This document shows, in pieces, positions 27,860 to 40,764 of a stretch of 64,000 nt of DNA (positions within the stretch are counted from its first letter, which is position 1; the number at the start of each line of letters is the position of its first letter). The stretch lies in the NCBI GenBank assembly GCA_964016885.1, contig OZ024745.1, positions 120,838,001 through 120,902,000 on the forward strand, read 5' to 3'. The notes beneath the pieces are model-generated. The model ran no database searches and had not been told where the DNA came from. It was given only the letters and a program-made list of their open reading frames with translations. The position numbers and the translations under genes were made by a program. Source of the DNA: Eledone cirrhosa. Its lineage: Eukaryota.

Positions 27860-28200
27860 GTATGGCTTAGTGGTTAGAGCGTTGAGCTCACAATCATAAG
27901 GTTGTAAGTTCAAATCCCGGACTGGACAGTATGTTGTGTTCTTAAGCAAAACACTTTATTTAACATTGCTCCAGTTTACTCAGTTGTAGAAATGTGTTGC
28001 GACATTACTGGTGCAAAGCTGTTTGTACCAGCCATTGCTTTTCCCTTGGACAACATCAGTGGCATAGAAAAGGGAGACTGGCATGCATGAGCAACTGCTG
28101 GTCTTCCTGGTCTTCCACAAACACACCTTGTCTAGGCTCGTACCCTGGAGGGGAACTTTCCAGATGCAAAACCATAGTCATTCATAATCGAAAGAAGCCT
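27860..28200 (+). mobile_element. CORE-type SINE, family B
   Basis: TGGCTTAGTGGTTAGAGCG (A box), AGTTCAAATCCC (B box), then TGTGTTCTTAAGCAAAACACTTTATTT (CORE-like). Confidence 0.8.
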
Positions 28201-28857
28201 ACATCAAAATATTTATTTATTTCTAACATAGAACAATTTTGAGGATGGATCTAATCTATAGAATTAACCCAGTATATGGCTCTTATTTCTCTGCTTGTGG
28301 AAAGTTAGTCTTAGTGGGACTTGAACTCAGAATATAAAGGAACACAGCTAAACATCATTATTTTCCAAGCTGGCCTGAGTTGGACAGTTGTCACAGTCCA
28401 AGACCAGATAGGTTAGAGTGACCTCTTGCTTATTACATTCCTTAAATTGGCATGATTTCTATGGATTGTTGCTTTTACAGAGTGTACTCTGTGTGTTTTT
28501 CATGTCCCCAGCACTAGTGCAGAATAGATTGGTTGCATTTTATTGTGGCCCCAACACTAACATTTTGTTTGATGCTCAACTGATTCTGCCAATCCACTAG
28601 CATCAGTCTCATCATGATTTAACATGTTTTCTAAGTTAGCATGAGTTGGATAGATTTCTAATATTGTGTTTCTTCATTTGTCATTAATATTGCAAAATTT
28701 CACAATGATCTGTCTACTAGTAAACATGCTACAAACATTCAAGTTAACAAACCCAATGTTAGATATTTTCTGCAAAACCATTACAGGATGTTAGAGTTAG
28801 CATATGGTGCTTTTTCTTTCAGCATGTATTCATATTACCTTCCCATTCCAGTGCAGT

Positions 28858-28933
<76 letters not shown>

Positions 28934-29377
28934 GCCAACACATCCTTCTCAATTCACATGTAATCAACCTTTCTTATATATCAACATGAAATATCCAATA
29001 ATCTAGACTCAGCCGATTCCTCTCCAGGAACCAGTCATTATACTTGTTTCATTTCCATATAACATTACACATATTTCATGTTTTATATAGATATACACAT
29101 ATTTCATGTTTTATATAGTGCAGATATATAAAACCATTCCATTGCCAAAAATGACAACTAGTTTTCTGAACTTCTTCTATCCTATTCTTACCCTGACCAC
29201 TTTACCTTCACCAGAATTATATCCATACACTAATCATGTTCAACAGAACTTATCTAGTCTTCCTAGCAAGCCAGCTATTTAAGTAGCCTTAGTTGTAATT
29301 TTACAACTAAATCTGCTGTAAAAGATCATATTTGTGTATCTGGTAAAATTAAAGTTATGGTTCCCTCTCAGTTTGCC

Positions 29378-30120
29378 ATCATCATTATCATCATCGTTGT
29401 TTAAAGTCTGTTTTCTCTTCTATCAAGGGTTGGACATGTCATCATAAACTTGTCAGTACTCAAGTTGAGCCTCTGACCTCTAGGTGTGCTAGGAGCCCAA
29501 CATACAACCCCATACTTCCCCCAAGTGCACCAACAGTAGGGAAGATGTCATGCCATTGGTATATCTGAAGAGATACCCAACCATTTGTTTGGCAAATTTT
29601 CTATGGCTGGTTGGAAGCCTTCCTATTACCAACCATTTTACAGAGTATACTGAGTTATCATATCAACATACACCATTTTACAGACGGGTGCTTTTTATCG
29701 TGACACCTCCACAACCACTTTACAGTGTGGGCTGGGTGCTTTTTTGTCGTGACACCTACTCGGCCACTTTACAGTGTGTACTGTGTGTGTTTTTTGTCGT
29801 GGCACCTCCATGACCTCTTTACAGTGTGGAGTGGGTGCTTTTTTGTCATGACACCTACATGACCACTTTACAGTGTGTATTGTGTGTTTTTTTGTCGTGA
29901 CACCTACATGACCACTTTACAGTGTGGACAGGGTGCTTTTTTACTGTGACACCTACATGACCACTTTACAGTGTGGACTGGGTGCTTTTTTGTCATGACA
30001 TCTACATGACCACCTTACAGTGTGGGCTGGATGCTTTTTGTCGTGGCACCTCCACAATCACTTTACAGTGTGGGCTGCTGCTTTTTTGTTGTGACACCTC
30101 CACGATCACTTTGCAGTGAG
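29378..30120 (-). mobile_element. Family C SINE with an expanded 42-43 bp internal tandem array (~11 units)
   Basis: (CAT)n tail at 29378, Meta-like segment at ~29600-29640, array at 29640-30120. Confidence 0.75.
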
Positions 30121-30169
30121 AGGGTGTGGGGGCATATTGTGTATATGCTTTAGTTTCGGCTTGTACCCA

Positions 30170-30348
30170 TGAGAAGTCGGGTCTTCTGTATTACTGCATA
30201 ATGTCAGAGGTCACGGTCCTGTGTTATCGCCTTTGAGAGGTGCAATTGGGCATGGTCAGCTTTTATCACTTCATCGCAGGTTTTCTTGGGTCTCCCCACT
30301 CCAAGTCTTCCATCAACTTTTAGTGCTCTGCACCTTTTTATGCAGCGT
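30170..30348 (-). pseudogene. RTE ORF2 C-terminal fragment
   Basis: CIKRCRALKVDGRLGVGRPKKTCDEVIKAD...ITQDRDL. Confidence 0.8.
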
Positions 30349-30584
30349 TTTAAAAAAATAAATAAAGTTAAAAAAATAGATAGGCAAAAAAAAAGGATAA
30401 ATAAGAAATGGAAAAGAAGGGAAGCTCTAAAGCAGATAGAAGATTCTGTTGTTGAATATTTTCGTAACATCCATGTACTCCATGATATTGTTTATAGTTG
30501 GTAGATTTGTTACAATATATTGTATCTCTAATGTGGGTAATAGTGTGAGAGATTGTTGAGAATGTAGAGGATGAGGAAATATCA

Positions 30585-30620
<36 letters not shown>

Positions 30621-32499
30621 TGTGTGTGTGTAAATGTGTGTGTGTGTGTTAGCATGTGTGAGTATGTGTGTGTGTGTGAGAGGTAGTGTGAATGTGTGTG
30701 TGAGAGAGGTAGTGTGAATGTGTGTGTGTGAGATAGTGTGTGTGTGAGTGTGAGAGAGTGTGAGAGAGTGGAGAAGGAAATGGATGTAAGGTTGAATGTT
30801 TGGTTTACATAATAGGATATATAGGTGAGAAAATAGTTTCATGGTGTGAACAAAGAATCACAATGATGGATGCAGGGTGGATGGAAAGAGGGTGGTGTGA
30901 GGGGCATTGGGGGTGATGTTGTTCATTAGTGTGTGTATTTGGTTAGAAAAACACTAGTCTACTATAGATACCTTGGGGAGAGAGAGAGAGAGAAAGAGAG
31001 ATAAGTGGCCCCGAGGACTCTGTAAGGTGGTGATGTTCTAAATCAGATATGAGCAACTTTTTTCAGCAGTGGACCATCATAAAGTGGGCTGTACTACTAA
31101 AAACAATTCCAGGTAGTTTTTCATAAGGCATGCCATTCAGAAAGCTAAATTGGCTTCAGTTTGCCCTTGACTGCTTTAGACTATAGAGAAGGTGTTATAG
31201 CAGAACATAGAGCAAGTAAAATATCAGTTTGGGTATGGAATGGGTTGAAGGATCTGTAAACTAGAAGGATATTCATGGTGCAGTCATCTCTGAAGGGGGG
31301 AAAATGTTAAAGAAGAATGTGGGTGGAAGAAGGGTTGGATTAGATGAGACAGAGGTTTTACATAATAATTTGCTAGAAAGGTTGGTTTATAAGATGGAAA
31401 ATGAAAGAAAAGGGAAAATTATTAAGGATGGGACAAGTATGGAACATGAATAGTTAGGGTGTGGCCAGGCAGTATCAACAATTGTTTGGGGCTAACTACA
31501 CTGGGGAAAGAAGTGAACAATTTGCTGGAAGAATGGAGGAGATTTCTTCACACCAAATCAGCTAACAATTGGGGGTCAGGATAGGAGTGTCCCCGCTGTG
31601 GCCATGGGAGTATTGATAAGATACTACTAATCCTATCACCACCACAAGCAACAGTGTGGACACAAGAAGAAGAAGAAGAAGAAGAAGAAGAATCAATATT
31701 ATAGTGAACTAATTTAGAGTCCTATGGATTATTTAGATATATTAACACGTTGGTTTTATTGATAATATTTTTCTTTCACCAAAATAAGAGGATAACTTCT
31801 AAGTAATTTTATATGAATCCAGGTATGAAATAACGAGCCTTCCCGCGCATTAACAAGAACAAAATTAGATACAATCATCAAGGAGTTAATTATGTTGTCA
31901 AGGAGTTAACATATATCAAAGCTGAGATTGATGGCTATAAACATGGTTCAGTGATAGAATATTTTATCGACACCTCTCTTCTTGATGTTTCAAATGTCAG
32001 CAGTTATACCTTCTCTCTCCTCACCTGACTACTTACTCAGCCTGCTGAAACTACAAGTTCCAACTTGCTAGTAATGAATGCAATATTGTGATAATGGCAG
32101 TAAATTCTCAGTAAGCTTATTCTATGATCTAGTTTCAAATCCTTACTGGATTCATTTCACATAATATTTTCACATATACATCTAAAACTTTAGTATTCTT
32201 CGTCATTTGGCAAACAACTTCTTATTTTCTACATCACTCCTTGCTAAATATACCTGATGCCTAACATTTCTTCTAGATATTTGACATTGCATTCTGCCTT
32301 TCCTATTCTTCCAGTCTTTTTAGTTTTGCCAGGTCTGTCTCTTAGCTTCTATGGCTCTACCTACTCTGTTACTCAACGACCATGTCACTTTCATCATGCT
32401 GGCCACAGTTCCTATCTAGTTACTGCCAGCCTCTAGATGATATATTATGCAACAGGTTTCTAGTTTAGACAATAGAGATCAAACTTACAAGAAGGCATT

Positions 32500-32800
32500 A
32501 TCATCATCATCATCATTTTACATCCGCTTTTCCCTGCTTGCAAGGGTGGGATGGGTCCTATACAGCACAGCATCTCTCCATTCGTCATGGTCCTTTGTCA
32601 TCTCCTCCATGAGCTTCAGTGATCTGAAGTCAGCTCTCACCACCTCCGCCTGTGATTTTTGTGGTCTTGCTCTACTGCATCTTCCTTCTACTGGGATTTC
32701 TTGGCACTTCTTTACCCAGCATTCATCCTCCATGTGCATCACATGTCCATACCAATGCAATCTATTCCTCTTATACACAGTTTCTCTCTCAACTCGTCTA
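32500..32800 (-). pseudogene. 5'-truncated RTE 3' end with (GAT)n tail
   Basis: RLHWYGHVMHMEDECWVKKCQEIPVEGRCSRARPQKS...DHDEWRDAVLYRTHPTLASREKRM, then (GAT)n. The 5' end abuts (TA)n. Confidence 0.9.
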
Positions 32801-33129
32801 AGATATATATATATATATATATATATATCATCATATATATATATCATCATCGTTTAACATCTATCTTCCACGCTAGCATGGGTTTAGACGGGAATTGTCC
32901 CACTTGAGGCAAGATTGGTTGTCTCGCTCGTATAGGACTGTCTGACAGGTTTTCTACGGCTGGATGCCCTTCCTACCACCAACCACGTTTACAGTGTGGA
33001 CTGGGAGGTTTTTACTGTGTTACCTACACAGCCACATTACAGCGTGGACTGTGTGTTTTTTTTGTTGTGACACCTACACGACCTCATTTATTTAGGACTG
33101 GATGTGTGGTAGAAAGGGGGTGAGATTAG

Positions 33130-33640
33130 GGGTAGTGGGATGGGGGTGTATATTTGGTTAAGAGGTGCCTACTGACTGTAGGTTTCGCTTTGTACATAGG
33201 CAAGACGGGTCTTCTGTATTACTGCGTAGCACCAAAGATCTCGGTCCAGTGACATTTGTCTTGGAGAGGTGTGTGTAAGGTCGGAATTTATCAAATCGTC
33301 CCACGTTTTTCTGGGTCTGCCTACTCCATAACTTCCATCAATTTTCATCGCCCTGCACTTTTTTATACAGCTGTCGTCTTTCATGCGCATCACATGGCCA
33401 TACCAACGTAGTCTTCTCTCGAGTAAACAACATCTGATCCCTCTTATTCCTAATTTCTCACTTAGTTCATTTATGCTTTGCCGTTCACATATATTACTAT
33501 TACACATCCAACGGAGCATGCATGCTTCGTTCCTCTCCAGTCTGCGCAGATCCTCTGCACACAATGCCCATGTCTCACTGCCATGTAACATTGCTGTTTG
33601 TATGCAGGCATCATACAGTCTGCCTTTCATTTTTAGAGAG
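33130..33640 (-). pseudogene. RTE ORF2 C-terminal fragment
   Basis: ORF 33169-33630: KGRLYDACIQTAMLHGSETW...RRLRWYGHVMRM...GRPRKTWDD. Confidence 0.9.
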
Positions 33641-33675
<35 letters not shown>

Positions 33676-33677
33676 TA

Positions 33678-34322
33678 TGTCAGGTCACCAGTTGGTGCTA
33701 CTGGTAACATGTATCCCAGTACAACCTGTCTCATGGTCGGGTCGTTGGCGACTAAACTGGCAACCCCACCAAGGTTTCTTGGTGAGGAGGGTGACTTTGG
33801 ACATCCTGCAGGACTAAAAACAAAACCTGTCAAAGGGCAAAGGAGCTCTTAAGAGTCAATGGCCATCCAAAATCACCGGGAGAGATGACCCCTTTAGCCT
33901 TAGTCAAGGCAGAATTCTAGGAGAAGGAAAACTCTGATATAACACCTGCAACCCTGATGGTATCCAATGATGTTGACTTGTTCTTCTTTTTGGTAAATAG
34001 CATCTTGGTTAAGAGAGTGGGACTGGCTTTGTGCAGTGCCTTTGCTCACTATAAAAGCTTCACGGCACAGGCATTGCTTTATATCTGGAGATCTCTCTGC
34101 ACTTGTCCTCACATGGGCCCAGCACTATGTGTCAATGATTGTCCTACCATGGGCCTAGCACTATGTGTCAATGGTTGTCACAGGTGTAGTGTTTGTACCA
34201 GAGGTTTCAAGTCGCTGGCTGGACTAAAAAGTCACACTCGTTCAGCGCTTCGGTAGGGGTTATCCTACATGGATGTAAAGTAGTGGCCGTACTCGAAAAC
34301 GAGTTGGCAGCCACCATATATA
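33678..34322 (+). mobile_element. Internally deleted RTE/BovB-like element: structured 5' leader joined to a C-terminal zinc finger and 3' UTR
   Basis: The 5' part has GGCGACTAAACTGGCAACC and AGGAGAAGGAAAACTCTG, RTE-leader-like motifs recognised from memory. The 3' part encodes RCSVCTRGFKSLAGLKSHTR and ends GCAGCCACCATATATAT. (TA)n lies on both sides. Confidence 0.55.
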
Positions 34323-34544
34323 TATTTACAGTACACACAGTAAAGTTAGTGTTGGTGCCATGAAAAAATGCAATCAGCACACCCTGTAAGATGGTTAACA
34401 TTAGGAAGAGTATCCAGCCATAGAAACCATGCCAAATATGGAATGTATGAGCAAGAAGGGGTCATTCTGATCTGCTTGATCTTAGACTGTAACAACCATA
34501 ACAACTCATTCAACCTATGCAAATATGAGAAGCAGACATAAAAT

Positions 34545-34930
34545 GAGAATGGTAATGATGAAACACATGTTAATATATACAACTATACATGACAATGGTA
34601 ATGATGAAACACATGTTAATATATACATCTACACATGACAATAATGGTGTTGAAACACATGTTAATATATACATCTACATGTGACAATGATGGTGATGAA
34701 ACACATGTTCATATATACATCTACATGTGACAATGATGGTGATGAAACACATGTTCATATATACATCTACATGTGACTGATGGTGATGAAACACATGTTC
34801 ATATATACATCACACATGACAATGACAATGATGAAACACATGTTGATATATACATCACACATGACAATGGTAATGATGAAACACATGTTAATATATACAA
34901 CTACACATTACAATGAAGGTGTTGAAACAT
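34545..34930. repeat. ~44-45 bp minisatellite (AATGGTAATGATGAAACACATGTTAATATATACATCTACATGAC)
   Basis: About 9 tandem units directly after a SINE tail. Confidence 0.9.
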
Positions 34931-34960
34931 ATAGAATAGAGGTGTAACACACGAGTTATG

Positions 34961-35285
34961 ATATATTGGTAAACGGAAAAGAAAATGCTGACAAATTGTT
35001 CACAGTGAAAAATAGTTTAATTAGGAATAAGTGAAAATTAGTAATAGTATTGGTTAGTATTCAGTTTTGGTTTTAAGTGATGTTTGCTCTAATGATTAGA
35101 GCAAACATCACGGGCGCTCTATCTCAAAATTATTTTTGAAAAGCATTAGAAATGCGCAACCGGTAAAACTTAAAACCAAAACTGAATACTAACCAATACT
35201 ATTACTAATTTTTACTTATTCCTAATTAAACTATTTTTCACTGGGAACAATTTGTCAGCATTTTCTTTTCCATTTACCAATATAT
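34961..35285. repeat. Long inverted repeat (~118-bp arms, ~90-bp spacer) next to (TA)n
   Basis: 34961-35078 is the near-perfect reverse complement of 35168-35285. The spacer holds the hairpin GTGATGTTTGCTCTAAT-G-ATTAGAGCAAACATCAC and a degenerate hammerhead. Confidence 0.92.
35133..35168 (+). ncRNA. Degenerate minimal hammerhead motif (U3-A8 covariant core, GAAA mutated to GCAA)
   Basis: UUU-UUGAAAA-GCAUU(AGA)AAUGC-GCAAC-CG-GUA^AAA, with palindromic ACCGGT at helix III. Probably inactive. Confidence 0.45.
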
Positions 35286-35307
35286 ATATATATATAAATA
35301 TACACAT

Positions 35308-37078
35308 ACTTACTTGTACTTGTGTCGACATTCACCCTAGACGGGTTGAGCCAGCTTCTTCCCTTGTCCTGACGGCATCCCGAACCATGGCAGCCCACGC
35401 ACGATGGTCCCAGGCTAGGTCACTGGAGATAACGAGCTAGTCACGGTTCCTTCGGTGCAGGCCGACCACCTGTGGACCTGAGAGTTCGGAGAGGTCCTCC
35501 TTGATCATCGTTGCCCAGGTCTTCAGCTCCCCGCCAATGCGCTTGTGCCAGTTAGGGAGTGGAGGTGGGAGGAGAACATCGCGGATCAGCTCACTCTCAG
35601 GGCGCCGGGCTGCGTGACCAAACCATCTCAAGCGCCATTGCAGAAACACTGAGGAAGAGTTCGAAGATTCAGGCGAAGACGAGGACTGGTGGTAGGTACC
35701 CGATCAACGAGTTGGCAGCGAAGAATGCGGCGGAGACAGTCATTGTCGAAGACCTCCAGCCCTCGTTGATCAACTACCCTCATAGGCCATATTTCACAGC
35801 CATAGAGGAGGATAGTACGAACGATGGTCTGGTAGATTCGCCCTTTGGTCGCCGAGGTCATCTCTCTTCTGTCCCACAGACACCGCTGTAGGCGCCCAAA
35901 AGCGGCAGCACCTATGCGACGCTTGACCTCGGCTGCGCCCTGTCCCGCTGGAACCACTGTTGAACCCAGGTAAACGAAGGACTCCACATCCTCCAGGTCC
36001 ACGCCCTCGAGAGATATTGGCTGCCAGGCATCAGGCGAGACCAGTGACGTCATGACCTTCGACTTGGCGGCATTGATTCGTAGACCAACAGCGGCGGCTG
36101 CAGTGTGCACCCTTTCGAGAGCACCCTGTACATCTGTCCTGTTAGCACCCATCAGCATGATGTCATCCGCGTAGGCCAGGTCCGTCACCACGACCCCTCT
36201 CCCGACCTCTACGCACGGGTAATCCAGGAGCGCTGTGTTGAGAGTGTAGTCAATGGTGTAGTTAAAGAGAGTTGGCGATAGCGCACACCCCTGCTGAACA
36301 CCGGTCCCAACATCGAACGACTCCGTCTCCCCACCATAGACCCTCACTCGAGCCCGAGTCGACCGGTAGTAGCCATGTATGAGACGAAGCAGCTTCACTG
36401 GGATGCCGTCCACCTGCATTATACGCCATAGGGCTTCCGATCTACCGACTCGAAGGCAGCTGCAAAGTCGATGAAGCAGAGGACGGTAGGCTGTTGATGT
36501 GCCCACCATTGTTCCAGGACACGCCGGAGAATGAAGATTTGATCAACGCACCCCTCCCCGGATGGAAGCTGCCCTGAGAAGGACGGGTATGGACATCACG
36601 GATGGCCTGGAACCTCTTCAGCAGAAGAATTGTGAAGGTCTTGGCAGCAACGTCAATTAAACTGATACCCCTCTAGTTGGAACACAGTTTCCTGTCGCCC
36701 TTTTTGAAGAAGGGTAGGAGAGTTGCCTCGCTCCAGTCACCAGGGAACTGCTCCATCGCCCACACCGAGGAGAAGATTGGATGGAGCCAAGCTGCGAAGA
36801 CATCAGGCTCGGCCTTGTAGACCTCAGCTAGAACGCCATCCTCGCCCAGCGCTTTGTTGTTCCGGAGATGTGTCAAGACACCACGTAGCTCCTCGACCGT
36901 TGGAGGGGCAGTGCTCCACCCCTATTCTTCTCCAGAAGGCTGCATGTAGGTTGGCGTGGATGGTGGCGGGTGGTTGAGCAGCTCGGAGAAATGGTCTCGC
37001 CATCGGACTAGCCAGTCATTAAGATTGGTAATGACCGCCCCGTTCCGACCACGGATCGTCTCGCTGATACCCGTACTG
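35308..37078 (-). pseudogene. GC-rich 5'-truncated RTE retrotransposon (ORF2 RT plus C-terminus, frameshifted)
   Basis: ORFs 36673-36876 (LRNNKALGEDGV...PFFKKGDRKLCSN), 35628-36509 (GVQQGCALSPTLF, DLAYADD, SFVYLGS, LLYGCEIW) and 35437-35649 (RLRWFGHAARRP). The 3' tail is CAAGTACAAGTAAGTA. Confidence 0.95.
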
Positions 37079-37288
37079 CTTATATATATACATATATATA
37101 TATGCTATATATATAGATATATATATATATATACATATGTATATACATATATATATATACATATACGTCGACATATATACATAAAACACCTCTAATAACA
37201 CACAAACACATACATACTGCTAATTTTATGAGTTGGTCATTAAAATTTAATGTTATTTTCTTGTGAGGAGACACATTTAAATAAAATT

Positions 37289-37307
37289 TACTACTACTAC
37301 TACCACC

Positions 37308-37339
<32 letters not shown>

Positions 37340-37346
37340 CACCACT

Positions 37347-37414
<68 letters not shown>

Positions 37415-37424
37415 CACCACTACC

Positions 37425-37483
<59 letters not shown>

Positions 37484-37572
37484 CACCACTACTACTACTA
37501 CTACCACCATTCCCCCACTACCACCACACCACCACTGCTACTACCGCCACCACCGCCACCACCACCACCACC

Positions 37573-37629
<57 letters not shown>

Positions 37630-37722
37630 GCTGCTGTTGTTGCTGCTGCTGCTACCACCCCACTACTACTACTACTACTACTACAACTACCACCACCACC
37701 ACCATCATCACCACCACCACAG
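37289..37722. repeat. (CTA)n/(CCA)n microsatellite
   Basis: Seen directly. Confidence 0.95.
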
Positions 37723-39384
37723 TTGGTATGTATACGAAAGGGAGAATGAGAGAGACCCATGTTTTGCAAAAGGGCGTGTTTCAGGATATATGTCTGAAAG
37801 TGATCTTCCTTTCAAAGAGTAGGGTGGGTATTTGAGGAAAACACACACCATTGCTGATGCTGATGCCCTATATAGAGTCTGCTGAAATTCTAAACCCTTC
37901 AAATTATATGTAAAACAATGTAGTGTGTTGGAACCTAATATGATACCTTTTTATTGCGAAAAAATCTTTACAGCAATTAAGAGAGAGGAGGGGGAGGATG
38001 TGGGGGGAGGAGGAGAAGAAGAAGAAGAAGAAGAAGAAGAAGAAGAAGAAGAAGAAGAAGAAGAAGAATGAACAATAATAGAGAGAAATAAACAAACATT
38101 TTAAACAAACTTTCAACATTCATTTTCATTTCATCTGATTTATTTATGAGTTAATTCTGTTAGATAATGAATTTGTGGGCCCACCCATATTTTCGAAGTA
38201 TTCAGGAGGAAAATATTTCACTGTAAAGATATTTCTTTTTCTTATTTTTGCTATAAATTTTTGTTTTTATCTTTCTTAGTTCTGTTTGCTCTAGTTTGGA
38301 AGAAATGAACTCCCATAGGGAGTTTGATATAAAGTTACGAAACTATAAAATGTCTCAATAACTTTGGTAAATAACTTTCATAAATACATTCCGCATGTAT
38401 CCAGGTTTTTAGAATAGTCACACCGTACCCCCTGCATGTAACTAAAATGGTAACTAAAATGAGTGGCATCTAGCTGTAAAGTATTGTCTCAAAAGATCCT
38501 GACCAACCCATGCCAGCATGGAAAAGTGGACATAAAAGGTGGTGGTGGTGATGGTGATGATGATGATGTTTCTAAAATAGGAAGACAGATCCCTGCATGT
38601 CGTAAGAGGTGACTGAAAGGGTTAGCATCAGGAAGAGCATCCAATATTCAGTCGAACCCATACAGCATGGAAAAGTTGACTTAAAATCAATGATTATGAT
38701 GGTGGTGATGATGATGATGTGATGATGGTGATGATGGTAATTAAAAGGATGATGATGATGATGATGATGATGGTGGTTGTGGTGGTGGTGGTGATGAAAA
38801 GGATGATGATGGTGGTGGTGGTGGTGGTGGTGGTGGTGGTGGTGGTGAGGAGGGGGAGAAGGAGGAGGAGGTTATTGGTTCATGTTGATATATATATAAG
38901 TAGCTACAGAGAGAAGAATAGGAAGGGGATATATTTCATATGAATCTAGCTGTGAGTAGTTACCATGTAGTGCTATAGATTGTCATTATAGACATTCCTG
39001 GTATTTCTAATGACATACACTCAATTTCAATTAAAAAATGAATAATTTTGAAGGATTTATTAAAATTATTAATTATTTCATGATGGTTAACATATGATTC
39101 TTATCTAGTTCTTATATAAAATCATGTTGGAAGGAACCCTCTAAATGGATCGTTTTGTTTTATAGAACCAGACATGATATTGGTTAGGTAGGCGACAAAA
39201 GGGTTAAGCAAAATAATCTTAAAGTAAAGAGGGACCTCAAAATAATCAAAAACATAAATGTTTTCATTTTTTTGTGAGACTTTGTTGGGCCTCCAAGCTT
39301 TGTACAGGTTTGGGCCTGGCAGAGAAGTGAGATGGTTTTATAATGCTGAGTTGACATCCAGTAGAGAATTATACCACTTTACAT

Positions 39385-39695
39385 GACCACTTTACAGTGT
39401 GGGCTGGACGCTTTTTTGTTGTGTTGCCGTCACAATCACTTTGTGTGAGGGCAAGGCACTTTTTTGCTGTGTCACCGTCACAACCACTTTACAGTGTGGG
39501 CTGGACGCTTTTTTGTTGTGTTGCCGTCACAATCACTTTGTGTGAGGGCAAGGCACTTTTTTGCTGTGTCACCGTCACAACCACTTTACAGTGAGGGCTG
39601 GGCGCTTTTTTGTTGTCGCCATCATGACCACTTTACAGTGGGGGCTGGGCGCTTTTTTGTTGTCACCATCATGACCACTTTACAGTGTGGACCGG
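39385..39695 (-). repeat. SINE-internal 41-43 bp tandem array
   Basis: About 7 units of CCACTTTACAGTGTGGGCTGG.CGCTTTTTTGTTGTG. Confidence 0.8.
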
Positions 39696-39969
39696 AGGCT
39701 TCACTGGATGTATACTTCAGCCTGTCCTCATGGGAGATGTATGGGAGTGGGTGGGCTAGTACTATTTATATGCTTCAGTCTCGGCCTGTGCCTGTGGGAA
39801 GTCTGGTATCACACTGAATACACGTGTCCGTGGAATGCTCAGCCACTTACACATTAATATCACGAGCAGGCTGCTTCATTAATTGAACAACTCGAACATT
39901 AATCATTAAAACTGACAAGGGATCCATTCAATTGTCTTTAAAAAGGAAAGGACACACTAGAAAATGTAG

Positions 39970-40735
39970 TCTCTAGTGCATGACGTCATCACCCCTTCCT
40001 TCCTCAGTCATCTCTAGTGCATGACGTCATCACCCCTTCCTCAGTCATCTCTAGTGCATGACGTCATCACCCCTTCCTTCCTCAATCATCTCTAGTGCAT
40101 GACGTCATCACCCCTTCCTTCCTCAGTCATCTCTAGTGCATGACGTCATCACCCCTTCCTTCCTCAATCATCTCTAGTGCATGACGTCATCACCCCTTCC
40201 TCCCTCAATCATCTCTAGTGCATGACGTCATCACCCCTTCCTTCCTCAATCATCTCTAGTGCATGACGTCATCACCCCTTCCTTCCTCAATCATCTCTAG
40301 TGCATGACGTCATCACCCATTCCTCCCTCAATCATCTCTAGTGCATGACGTCATCACCCCTTCCTCCCTCAGTCATCTCTAGTGTATGACGTCATCACCC
40401 CTTCCTTCCTCAATCATCTCTAGTGCATGACGTCATTACCCCTTCCTTCCTCAGTCATCTCTAGTGCATGACGTCATCACGCCTTCCTTCAATCATCTCT
40501 AGTGCATGACGTCATTACCCCTTCCTTCCTCAGTCATCTCTAGTGCATGACGTCATCACCCCTCCTTCCTCAATCATCTCTAGTGCATGACGTCATCACC
40601 CCTTCCTCCCTCAATCATCTCTAGTGCATGACGTCATCACCCCTTCCTTCCTCAGTCATCTCTAGTGTGTGACGTCATCACCCCTTCCTCCCTCAATCAT
40701 CTCTAGTGTGTGACGCCATCACCCCTTCCTCCCTC
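39970..40735. repeat. 41-bp minisatellite, ~19 copies, 18 carrying an intact TGACGTCA palindrome
   Basis: Unit TCTCTAGTGCATGACGTCATCACCCCTTCCTTCCTCA(A/G)TCA. Confidence 0.96.
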
Positions 40736-40764
40736 ATTGTGTGACAGACAGAGACAGATATATA

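Noticed and set aside
31180-31660. Purine-rich stretch possibly from a CR1/L2 endonuclease 5' region (minus strand)
   Set aside because: No diagnostic motif could be recovered by eye.
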